64,000 nucleotides of DNA from Squalus acanthias (Eukaryota). Below, piece after piece: positions 39,672 to 51,354 of this stretch (within the stretch, counting starts at the first letter, position 1; every line of letters starts with the position of its first letter). The notes beneath the pieces are model-generated. The model was given only the letters and a program-made list of their open reading frames with translations, was not told the origin of the DNA and made no database searches. The stretch is taken from positions 66,032,001 through 66,096,000 of the forward strand of contig CM059432.1 of NCBI GenBank assembly GCA_030390025.1, read 5' to 3'. The position numbers were made by a program, and so were the translations under genes.

Positions 39672-40648
39672 AATCTATATCAATTATTTGGATGAGGGGA
39701 CCAAATGTAATATATCCAAGATTATTAATGATACAAAGCTAGGTGGGAATGTAAGTTGTGAGGAGGATGCAAAGAAGCTGCAAGCGGCTATAGACAGGTT
39801 AAGCAAGTGGGCAAGAACATGGCAAATGGAATATATTGTGGAGAAATGTGAAGTTATCCACTTTGGCAGGAAAAATAGAAAAGCAGAGTATTTTTTAAAT
39901 GGTGAGAGATTGGGAAATGTTGGTGTTCAGAGGGACCTGGGTGTCCTTGTACACGAATCGCTGAAAGTTAATATGCAGGCACAGCAAGCAATTAGGAAAG
40001 CAAATGGTATGTTGGCCTTTATTACAAAAGGATTTGAGTATAAGAGTAAAGATGTCTTACTGCAATTATATAGGGCCCTGGTGAGACTACACCTGGAGTA
40101 TTGTATACAGTTTTGGTCTCCTTACCTAAGGAAGGATATACTTGCCATAGAGAGAATGCAACGAAGGTTCACCAGACTGATCCCTGGGATGGGGGGATTT
40201 TCCTATGAGGAGAGATTGAGGCCTATATTCTCTAGAGTTTAGAAGAATGAGAGGTAATGTAATTGAAACATACAAAATTCTTACAGGGCTTGACAGGGTA
40301 GATGCAGGGAGGATGTTTCCCCTGGCTGGGATGTCTAGAACCTGGGGACACAGTCTCAGAATAAGGGGTTGGCCATTTAGGACTGAGATGAGGAGCAATT
40401 TCTTCACTCAGAGGGTGGTGAATCTTTGGAATTCTCTACCCCAGAGGGCAATGGATGCTCAGTCGTTGAGAATATTCAAGGCAGAGATCGATAGATTTTT
40501 GGATATTAAGGGAATCAAGGGTTATGGGGATAGTGCAGGAAAGTGAGATGAGTTAGAAGATCAGCCATGATCTTATTGAATGGCGGAGTAGGCTCATAAG
40601 GGCCAAATGGCCTACTCCTGCTCCTATTTCTTATGTTCTTCTTATGTT
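39672..40648 (+). mobile_element. CR1 LINE, 5'-truncated
   Basis: WQMEY, KCEVIHFG and LVRLHLEYCIQFWSP; tail ttcttatg. Confidence 0.92.
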
Positions 40649-40914
40649 CAAATATATTGACTTTTGCATTAGAAATAAATTCAAAAAATTAGGGGCACTA
40701 ATTAAAATGGAGGAAGATAATCTTGTAGGCCTGATGAAACTTGTCTTCAGTCAGATCAAGACTAAGGACTAAGGGGATGAAAATTCCCAGGTCTTCTGCT
40801 GCACTCCCATCACAATTCCAGTGGGACTGTGGCAGAAGGGACAGAAAACAGACCGGGATCCAGATACGCCAGATCCTGGCATTACATTGGGAAATTGGAA
40901 GGGGTGGAGGCAAC

Positions 40915-41460
40915 TCGGTTCACTCCAGGTGATATCAAAAAATGGTTGAGTGCACTGAATAAAGCAAAGGCTACGAAACCTGAAAACATTCCGACGGTAG
41001 TGCTGGAGACCTGTGCACGAGAGCTAGCTGCTCCCCTAGCCAAGATGTTCCATTAGAGTTATGACACTGGCATCTACCCAACAACGTGGAAGATTGCTCA
41101 GGTATGTCCTATCCCCCAAATACAGGATAAATCTAACCTGGCTAAATACTGCTCTATTAACCTCCTCCCAATCATCAGTAAAGTGATGGAAAGAATCATC
41201 AATAGTACCATCAAACGACACCTACTTACCAGTAACCTGCTCATCAATGTTCAGTTTGGGTTCTGACAGAACCACTCAGTTACAGTCCTCATTGCAGCCT
41301 TAATCCAGACATGGAAACAAGAACTGAATGCCAGGGGTGAAGTGAGAGTAGCTGCCCTCAACATCAGGGCAACACTCACCAAGTGTGGCACCAAGGAGTC
41401 TTAGCAAAACTGACATCAATGGGAAAATCCTTCATTGGGTGGAGTTATACCTGAAAGAAA
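40915..41460 (+). mobile_element. RT fragment of the second CR1-group family
   Basis: RFTPGDIKKWLSAL...NIPTVVLETCARELAAPL, homologous to 18550-19070. Confidence 0.8.
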
Positions 41461-41649
41461 GGACCCTATTCCCATCCCAAGTTAAATTCAGGGCTTAACA
41501 GACAGAAGAATTTAATTCAAATGCATTAAGCACTTGTCTGCTAATATTGGCAGCAGTGATTTCAAACTTGTAACCATTTTTAGTGCAATAGAACAACAGT
41601 CTGGCGTTACAACTTTGTTGTCCTATGAGATATGGTCAGTGTCCATTAC

Positions 41650-42380
41650 AGCCAATTAAGTACTTTTTTTTTTGAAGTGTATTTAGTGTTGTGATTAAGG
41701 AAATGTAGCAGTCAATTTGTACACAGCAAGGTCCCACTTCAGTCCCATGCTCCTGATCTTTGGTCACCCGGTGTGGAGGGGAGCGGGCAGGTCGGAGGAC
41801 CTACTCGTAGGACTGCTCCTGGGCCTGGTGAAAGTAGCCATAAACAGGTCCAGGCAGCGGGCGGTCGGGGGGGGGGTCATTCGGCCCGATTGCCTGCCTC
41901 CCTTCCGTGGCTATGTTCGCGCCCGGGTGGCACCGGAGATGGAGCACGCGGTGTCCGCCGGCACGCTTGAGGCTTTCCGCGACCGGTGTGCGCCGTGGGG
42001 GCTGGAGTGCATCATCACCCCGGCCAATACAATTTTAATTTAATTTGTTAAGTTTTATTTAAAGTTTTATTAATTTACAGTGATATGTTTGACCAAAAGA
42101 GAACAGCAAGATCCCACAAACAGCAATGTGACAATGACCAGATAATTGGTTTTAATGATGTTGCTTGAGGGATAAATTGGCCAATAAGATGCCCCTGCTC
42201 TTTTTCCAAATAGTCCACCTGAGGAGGGCAGGCAGGCAGGGCCTAGGTTTAATGTCTGATAGTGCAGCACTCCCTCAGTGTCAGCCTTGATTATGTGCTC
42301 AAGTCCTGGCGTGTGAATTGAACCCACAACCTTCTGACTCAGAGTTGATGTGGCTACCACTGAGCCAAGGCTGACACCTA
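41650..42380 (-). mobile_element. Deu-domain (SacSINE/AmnSINE-like) SINE
   Basis: Core gctgtttgtgggatcttgctgt on the minus strand and a tRNA-like head with a B-box (ggttcaattc) near 42320. Related copies at 61765-62170 and at 49990-50215 plus 50800-50935. Confidence 0.7.
41738..42102 (+). mobile_element. Tx1/L1-like LINE 3' fragment inserted into a SINE
   Basis: LLIFG...LLLGLVKVAINRSR resembles Tx1-clade ORF2 C-termini; AT-rich 3' UTR; flanked by the 15-bp direct repeat acagcaag(g/a)tcccac. Confidence 0.7.
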
Positions 42381-43016
42381 TTGATGGAGACTACCTTCTG
42401 TGTAATAGGTCCAATATATTGTAACTAGGAGATTCTCCATTTTCAGAGCCAGTGTCCTATGTGGATCAGGCACTCTCCTTCCACTCGGAATCAGTCTTAT
42501 TTGTAATATTGTGAGTACACCTGAGTGTGTAACAAAACTTTGGACAAAAATCAAATTGCAAAGTAATTCTACCAGAATAGGGAAATATTTATCAGGAAGG
42601 AAAATGTTAATATGTTAAGATATCTCCAATGGCAGTGTTTATGGTAAATTGAAGGAAACTCCAGGGAAGTAACAAAACTAAAGCACTAAGCCTGTGGGAG
42701 AGGGTAAACTTGTGAAGCTAAAACCTACTGTGATGGATTTCTAACACGATTTGTGCATTTTAATATGTATCAGTATATTTTTATTGTGATTTATTTAAAT
42801 GTGATGTATTGTCTTTGTTATAAACAACGTTTTTAGATGTGTATAGTTGGCTCCCTGAAGAAACAACACAGCTCCCAAAAAAGACCCCAAAAAATTGTTT
42901 GAATGATTTGATTGGTTTGTTTTGTGGCAGTTACTGGTAGCTTTAGAAAAAAAGTGAAGGTTTTGATTGATTGTTTTTGTGTGAATTGGTAGTTCATGAT
43001 TGGAAGCTATTTCTAA

Positions 43017-43861
43017 GGGTTGGATTTTGTCAGCCCCGAGGAGACGGGTATGGAGGCGGGACTGCCGGTAAAGTTGCAGGATTTGGGGGCGGCTGGCAAA
43101 CCCGCCCCCAACCCGCCTCCGTGCCCTTTTGCCAGGAGGCAGGAAGCCATCCTGCCCCGGCTCCCATCTCCTCGAGGCGGGAAAAGGATTAAATCCTATT
43201 AACTGCCTGTTAACAGGTAGTTAACAGGCAGAAAAAAGGATTATCCCTATTTTTAGCTCCGAAGTGCAGGCTTCCCGACCTCAGAGAACCCCGCCAGGGT
43301 GCAGGAGACGAGTAGGAGGTCTGCGGGGGTCGGAGGGGTCTGAAAGTGAGATGTAGAGGTGAGTGATGGGTGCAAGTGTGGAGTGGTAAGTAAGTAAGGT
43401 GAGTGTTAAGTGTTATAAAATGTTCACTTACCTTTGTTTCTGCCTACAGCCTTCAGCTGTTGTGGATCCAGAGTCCCGACATCTTCATTGTAGATTTCAC
43501 AGACTGGCTTTTGGATCCTCCGAACCAACAGCCAGGTGATTTCTGCAAAGTTCAAGTGTTTGATGAGTCCTGAACACAAGGACTCATCAAACTACACAGA
43601 ATGTCAGTGTTTGACAGCTTCACAGAGCTGTCAAACGCTGACATTTCTTCTTTCAAGAAATCTTGACAGATGGCATGTCAGACGTTGACGTGCTCTGTCA
43701 GTGACGTCCCCCTAATTGGCCTGCTGAGCCCGCTGGGTGGGCTTAACAAGGTCAATCAGGGGAAAGTCCCGTTGGTTGGCCAGTAGCTGATGGAGGTGGG
43801 ACTGAGACCTGGCAAGCAGCAGTCCCACCTCCAAAAGCTTCCCATTGACAAAATCCAGCCC
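43017..43861. mobile_element. Harbinger MITE with TAA target duplication
   Basis: TAA|gggttggattttgtca ... tgacaaaatccagccc|TAA. Confidence 0.92.
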
Positions 43862-44130
43862 TAACTGTCTATATTTGAATGAAACAGACAGTAATTATTT
43901 GAGTTAATTAGATAACGTTGCATTTGTCATGTTTTGGAAGTGCGATACTTTGAAATGTAATGAACACTTTATAGGTATTACACTTTGAAATGCGATGTAC
44001 ACTTTCTCATTTGGTAATGCAAAACTTTTAATTACATAGATTAAGTTTATTTTCCTTTCTGAATGTAAAAAGTTGAAGACTATTAAGTACGCATTTTACA
44101 TCGTTCTAAATTATATTTTTCCAAGAATTT

Positions 44131-45046
44131 GGGGGTAGAGTTGCCACTTTAGGCGCAATCAGTGATTCTTGCGCAAACTGCGCCCAAAATTATTTTGAAA
44201 AATGTTTCTCCCCCCGAGTTCCAGCTCAAACTCATTTGCATATCACCGAACGGTAACGCTGCTACGAACCAGCGCAATCGGGCAACGCTTTAAAACATAA
44301 TTATTTTTTGATTTTGCTTTAAAAAATATTCCTTGATATATTTAAGAGTGGTAAGTTAGATTAATACAGCTAGAAATGGGCTTATCACAAAAAATAAGCA
44401 TTTAAAATCACAGTGCCAATCCACCACCTTTGAGTAACCTGATATTAAATTACTAAAAATGTCGTTTAAAAAATATTAAACTATTTTCTAGTTAGATTGG
44501 GATACAGTAGTCAGTTCCCTAGTAAATATTCAAGAATGAGTTAGATATGTTTCTTAAAGCTAAAGGTATCAAGGGATATGGGGAGAAGGCAGGTACAGGG
44601 TACTGAGTTTGGATGATCAGCCATGATCTCATCGAATGGTGGAGCAGGCTCGAGGGGCCGAATGGCCTACTCCTGCTCCTATCTTCTATGTTTCTATGTT
44701 TCTAAATTAAAAAAAAATCATTCCAAACCTTTCAAAACGTACCAATTAGTGTCCTTGCGCCCTAAAGTTCCAGTTTAATTTTTGGAGCCTCCTCGAAGAT
44801 GTGAAAACGAGCTCAATTAGCAGAAACTCCCAATGGTGATTAATTCACCCTGAAGGTGTGGCCAGTTTTGTGGGCGGGGCCTGCTTCTAGCACAATGTTT
44901 TAAAAACTGGCGAAAAGATCGCGGCAACTCGAGTTGCGCCGAATGCAATTTGCACTTAAAATTCCGCAATCTTTTCCGCCAGTTACGCCAATATCGGGGG
45001 GGATTGCACCAAAAAATCCAGCACAATCAAATGGAAATTCCAGGCC
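44131..45046. mobile_element. Harbinger-type MITE (copy of 23490-24220) with a nested CR1 3' fragment at about 44528-44703
   Basis: Collinear with 23490-24220. The insert is flanked by taaat on both sides and ends in a ttctatg tail. Confidence 0.85.
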
Positions 45047-45305
45047 TGTATCTTTAAATACTCTCGAATTAAAATAATTTTCCACAGAACAGAGGATAAC
45101 ATATTAAAAACATGCATTTCTTTTTGATTATTGCATCAAATACTCAACAATAATTAAATAATGGGTAATCAAGACGTATCAAGGTAGAGGCAAAGAACAT
45201 CTCAACATTTTTTTAAATGTGGTGGCTAAAATATTTTATCGTTATTAATATATTGGGATCACTTTTATGACAACGACATTATTCTATGTTGCAGTTTTGA
45301 TTTTC

Positions 45306-46290
45306 ATAGAATCATAGAATGGTTACAGCACGGAAGGCCATTCAGCCCGTTGAACCCGTGCCGGCTCTCTGCAAGAGCACCTCAGCTAGTCCCACTCCCC
45401 CGCCCTTTCACCATAGCCCTGCAAATTTCTTTCCTTCAAATACTTATTCAACTCCCTTTTGAAAGATAAGATTGAGTCTGCCTCTACCATCCTTTCAGGC
45501 AGTGCATTCCAGATCTTAACCACTCGCTGCGTAAAAAAGTTTTTTCTTACGTCGCCTTTGCTTCTTCTGCCGATCACCTTAAATCTGTGTCCTCTGGTTC
45601 TCGACCCTTCTGCCAATGGGAACAGTTTCCCTCTATCTACTCTGTCGAGACTCCTCATGATTTTGAACACATCTATCAAATCTCCTCTCAATCTTCTCTG
45701 CTCCAAGGAGAACAACCCCAGCTTATAGAGTCTTAGGCTGGAATTTAGCCAGTGCTCAGGGGGCGGGTTTGGAGGTGGGACATCCGGCAAAATCGCAAAG
45801 ATTGCCAGCGGGCAGGAAACCCGCTGTCAACCCGCCTCCAATCAATCTTCCCAAGTGTCGGGTCCCCGATTTGCGCATGGGCCTGAAACCTAGCGGCGGG
45901 AAGAAGATTATAGCCACTCAACTGCCTGTTAAAGGTTGTTAACAGGCAGTTAACAGGCTCTTTTGCAATTTTGACAATTCTACTTCGGGCTTCCTGACAT
46001 CCGGACACCATGCCAGGTAAGTATGGTGTGTTGTGAGTCTGCTATAATGTTTCTGCATTGATGACAGCTGCAGAAGTGGTATGAAGGATTCAATGGTGCA
46101 CTGGTGAGTTTCAGAGGCAAGATGAAGTGTAATTGGCAATGGCAGAATGATTGACAGCTGCCGGTGCCACCACTATTCTCTGTTTCCTGTCACTGAGCAA
46201 ATTCCGTATCCATGCTGCCACTGTCCCTTTTATTCCATGGGCTTCAACTTTGCTGGCAAGCCTATTATGTGGCACTTTGTCAAACGCCTT
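45306..46290 (-). mobile_element. CR1 LINE (same subfamily as 1-3083) interrupted by a one-ended Harbinger fragment at 45736-46197
   Basis: GLFSLEQRRLRGDLI...WNALP at 45386-45725; AHGIKGTVAAWIRN at 46200-46245; TTA|ggctggaattt at 45736. Confidence 0.88.
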
Positions 46291-46313
46291 TTATGAGCTA
46301 TTTTACAGAACTA

Positions 46314-46688
46314 GGGGGAAAAATTCAGTTGGTTTGCGCTTCCCGTTAGTGCCTTAAGAGGGCGCTAATGGGGCGCAAAGCAACTAGCGCCTGGGTGCGG
46401 CGCCGCCCACGCCTCCTGCGAAATTCAGCGGGAGGTTAGTGGCGGCGCTAACCGGTAGCGCCCTGTGGCGCTGCGCCACCGGCGATGACGTCATCGCCGT
46501 GTGCAGCGCCCCGCTCGCGCTCCGGCCGCGATCTTCAGTAGCGCCCCTTGACTTACTGCCGGACGCTTCCCTCTTGGGGCGCAACCACTCAATTTCCGGC
46601 ATGGGGGCGGTAATTTTTATGGGGCGCTAAAAGTAGCGCCCTGGCGAAGATAGCACCCCAAAGGGGGCGCGACTCAATTTTTCCTCCC
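46314..46688. mobile_element. GC-rich Harbinger-type MITE related to 5031-5767
   Basis: Ends gggggaaaaatt / aatttttcctccc with repeated gcgcc/gcgct motifs. Confidence 0.75.
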
Positions 46689-49600
46689 AAGGATTTTCTT
46701 TTCTTAATGGAAACATTCTTAAAAACATCAGATCCCATTGTTTTCCTATTATACGCATTGCTGGAGAAATGGTGGTTAGCAAGTTACCAAACAGGTTGAT
46801 CAGAGCTGCAGTGCTGCATGCCCTGAGTTCTGTTTCTCAAATTTTGCTTTCAGTATTTCTTGGTTATAAATGTATGTGAAGCCATAGGCTGGCACTAATA
46901 ATAAAATATTACTGTAACATCCAGAAATACAGTGAAACAGAATTTGCAATTCTTACCAGTTCACAAAAAGTCCAAGGTCTGATTCAATCAGATTTAATTT
47001 GAAATTGAGAAATTAAATGTTATCATAGCTTAATATTTAGTTTCACTGTATCAGCTCAACGATCTCAATGCCATAAATTGTTTATTTGTATTGTATAAAA
47101 AATTGCTATAACCAACAGCATTTAGCTGGAGTGTGACCCTCTTTTTATTGTATAATGTCTCTGCTGTTGTTGTACACAAGCACATAATAAACAAACCTCA
47201 TCTTTGTGATCCACAGTCTTTTTGCTGTGTACCACTTTAAGAGATACCACATCAACAGTATCTCTGAGTCATGCAAGCAACAGAGGGCGCAGGAATGATA
47301 ACACTTCCCACTGGCAATCTCACTACTCACATATCAACAGATGCCAGTCCTAGAAGACAGTGGGAAATCACTGATCTCACTCAAAATGACAGGAACAGTG
47401 TAAATTACAATAAAACATTGCAAGAGGCTTCATGACTTGGGAATATTAAAACTGTGAAGTTCCAATTTTGATTTACGCTTAATTTCAGGACATTAAAAAC
47501 ATGGGATAACCCATTTCATTTAATCGGTGATTTATTTGAAAATAATATGCGGATTTGGAGATTCCTCAGCTTTACATAGAGACAGATTTGTGTCATGCGG
47601 CTTGGGGGGAAACGATTCTCAGGTTTTAGAACACATTGCAAATCTGCTACTTTTTTTTAACCAAAAATAGAAACATAGTGCAGATAGTTGGGTCATTTGT
47701 AATCCAATGAACCAGTTTTTTCTGCAAAATTAAAAGTGCTACATTGTTAAGAGTTTCTGACCATGAGATGAAAAAACTCCTAACTAAATTCCAAACTAAA
47801 CAGAGGACCACTGTGAGAGGAGGCCGGACAAAGCAAAATGCCAGTGATGAATTCCACCATCATTTTCAACTTAATGGCTTGTTTTGTGATCTGATTTACA
47901 TTTGTGAAATTGTTCAAAAGAAAGCAAATTTCCAATGATGACAGCAAATTTAAATGAATCGAAGGATATCTGCCCCGTAAGAGTTAGCTCCATAAAGGGT
48001 CAATCTGGTACCCTCCCTCATACTACACCAAGTGATCAATAGGGGTTTTTAATTAGTTCCTTCCTCATGCTGCTTGGATTTTCAAAATACTATTGCAATG
48101 GTGTCTTTGACAATGAAGAGAATATTGATATTGCTGCAGACTTGACTTCAGAGCTTCTGCTTTCTGGCGTTTCTTGGTGAGTTTTTCGTTATGAGAGTTG
48201 GAAGACGGAGAATTATGGCCTAGCGTATATTTCTATTGCTTAAGAACAAAAAGATTTACCATTCCAGGACTTAATCAGTTCTTAAAGCTGCTGGAATATT
48301 TTATTTTATTTTCCTCAGAAATGTTAGCAAAATTCACATGATGCATTGTCATTATTAGTGGAAAGGCAGCAGAGACAGGGGATGTGACTGGCAGTCAAAC
48401 AAAAGACTGTTTTGCAATGATGCATTTGTTGATGAAAGGACTTGGCACAGATCAGACAGCTAAACTAAAATATCAAGCCAGAACTACAAGAGAAATAATC
48501 TCTCTCACTCACAGGGGTAGTGTGAATGTGGCTGATACTAATGATGGGAGAAAAAGAATAATAGAAGCCTTATATAGTGCAGGGAAGGGGGTCTCATTTG
48601 GTCTTAGCCACAGACGTTTTACAGATTTAGCTGTTCCTGTTTCCTATTCTCCCTTTCTCTTGTCGATTTACCGAATGTGTCCATGGTTTCTTTTAAGTTA
48701 ACAGACGAAGAAGAGGTATCAGTAAAGTTCATCATTTTACACCAGGGTGAAGCATGCAGCTAAATAGCCTATCAAATTGTGGTGGAGAATTTCTGTTGGC
48801 GTTCTCCTGATCTACCATTACCTTCGGCGGTAGGTAAGCAGAAACCCTGGAGAAATGGCTGTTTTTGGCTGCACACACCATTCCTCTGTGGGTTCTGCCA
48901 ATCTTTCACCGAACGTACGGCAGAAAATCGGGAGAACCCCCGCAGAAATTCAAGACGCATGTCCCTAAGGCCACTGCTCTCCTTGTCTGTCTGTTGTGCA
49001 GTGTTCTTTGCTCCATTATACTGTGGATACTGTGCACTGGAGTTTGTATCATAAACAAGACAAGATCCATGGACATGATTGTCATTCAGTTGAATGTTGA
49101 TGATATGAATCTAAACAGTTATGAAAGAGAAATGGACAAAAAGAAAAACTCATAAATAAATTACTTGACACTTGCAAGAACTGCAGCGGGCTTAGAGGTC
49201 CAAATGTTTCTATTTTGTCAGAGTTTGCTGACATTGAGAATTTGGATTCACATCATGGGGGTAATTTTCAAGTGGTCATGCCTTCAAGCCTTGCCCGTTG
49301 GGAGCGCATATCAAAAATTCGAGGCTTGCACTGGCCTCGATTTTCCGACTGGACTCGTAAAATTGTCCCCCTATATCATTAGTTCCACTTGGTCCATAGG
49401 TATCACTGAGTTGTCAATTTGCTCCAATTTAGTTAGTGCCCAGCAGCAATCCTGTGGCTTCTGACTTCAGTTCTGGATCACAGTTTGTCCTTTCGAAGCA
49501 GACACAGGATGGAATATTGCCAGACACATTCAGTAAGCTTGTTTGCATTTTTACTGTTGAAGAGCAGGAAGAAGAAATGGGGCTTAACTTTGCACAGAAA

Positions 49601-51354
49601 GCTCAGAGAGACAGTAAAATAAATTAGTTCTAACCTTTAAAATGTACAGATTACTCCAACCTGTGCAGGAGATGCCTGCCAAACAAACTGCAAATGCACA
49701 GCATGCCACCGACTGACTCATATCCTATAAAGGTCGAAGGTCACCAACTGAACTACTATAAAATCTGGTACATAAGTTGATTCTTTCTGTAACTTTTTGA
49801 AAATACAATGGGAACAATTTATTTAGTGGCATAGCTTTTTGCAAAGGCATTGACAGAAGGCTCGCCAGAACAGAGAAACGTACCAGGAACATCGGCAATC
49901 CAAATACAAATCAGAACAAGTCCCAGGATAAATAAAGGATGGTGAAACAGTGAGCAGAAAAAAGACACCAACAGTTATGTGGCACCTTGTCACATCTCTC
50001 TGACACATCTTGAAGTACGTCACCTACAATGAATTACTTTGAAGTACAGTGACTGTAAGGGATTACAGAATCCAGTTTGCAGATAAACAGCAATGACATG
50101 AATCAGCAGTTAATCTGTTTTTTGATGATCTTAACTGAAGGAGAAACATTGGCCTGGATACGAGGAAAACTCCTTGCTCTTCTTCAAATAGTGCCATAAG
50201 ATCTTTAATGCCCACCTATGCCACCACAGAGATGGGACCCGAACATCTGCAAGTCCACAATCCTGGTGTAAGTACTAGGATGTGCTTGTTGGGAACCTCT
50301 GTCGCTAACTCAGCCAAACCTCTGGGATCAACGGGAGATTTGCTAATCTGCATTTTTCTGGCTGATTCTCATGCCACCAAAGGCACATCTTGGCCACTCA
50401 CCAGTGTAGTGGCTGAATAAAAGTAGTGGTGGAAAGCTGTTTCAGGGGTGTCCAAAAACATCAGGTAATTAAATAAATTGCTTGGGGACCTCACATCTGC
50501 CAAAGGAATGCTGGTATTCTTGGAGATACTGAGGTGTATCAGCCGCCCAGCGGCTGAGGCCATCCCAAAGAAACCTTTTGCCTGGAACTGCCCTTCCTCC
50601 ACGCCACGGCCCCTCTGACACAGGGAACCATATTTGAGAAAGGCAGATGTTCTACCCTACAGAGGGCCCACTGAATACTCAGCAGATTTGGGTTCTGGCC
50701 TAATTCGCAGGTTTTCCGTCACACTCCCGGACAATTTATGGTGGACTTTTGTGCCCTTGGGATCTCCAGTTTAGTGATTCATCAGAAGGATGGCAGCTCT
50801 TGCGATGCAGCATTCCCTCAGCACTGAACTGAAGTGTCAACCTAGGTTTTGTGTTCAAATTCTGAATTGGTGCTTGAACCCAAAAATTTCTAACTCAGAA
50901 GCAAAATGTTAACAACTGAGCCAAGCTAACACTTGTAGACCCAAAAGGAGTTTACTTGCGTAAACATGGTTTCGCTGAAGCTATGACAGCAGAGTGGGAG
51001 AAGCCCCATTGAAATTTCTGTATTTTCTACACAACGTTCAAGATTTTTAACAAAAAGGCAAGTTCTACAATTTGTAATCAGCAATGTACGGTAGTGTAAA
51101 GTTGCCTGGTAAAACTGAGCAGAGCATTCATGCTCTGCCCAATTGTCTCCCAAAATAACCATTGGGGTCCTTTGTACGTCGATTTGTATATTAAAATAGC
51201 ACACCACCTGAGACAGGCGGGCGCTCCAACCGCCCAGTGGTAGGTCCCTTTCAGGATGGTGTCGGCCACATCGAGAGGGGGAATGGGGCAGGAAGTTTTT
51301 CCCTGGGACTTTTGGGGTGCTACCATCCTGTTTCCACCCAGTGGAGCCAGTGGA

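Noticed and set aside
43558..43592. Hammerhead ribozyme (tgatgagtcc...ggac)
   Set aside because: It lacks the C of CUGAUGA and the GAAA after stem II; it is a simple hairpin.
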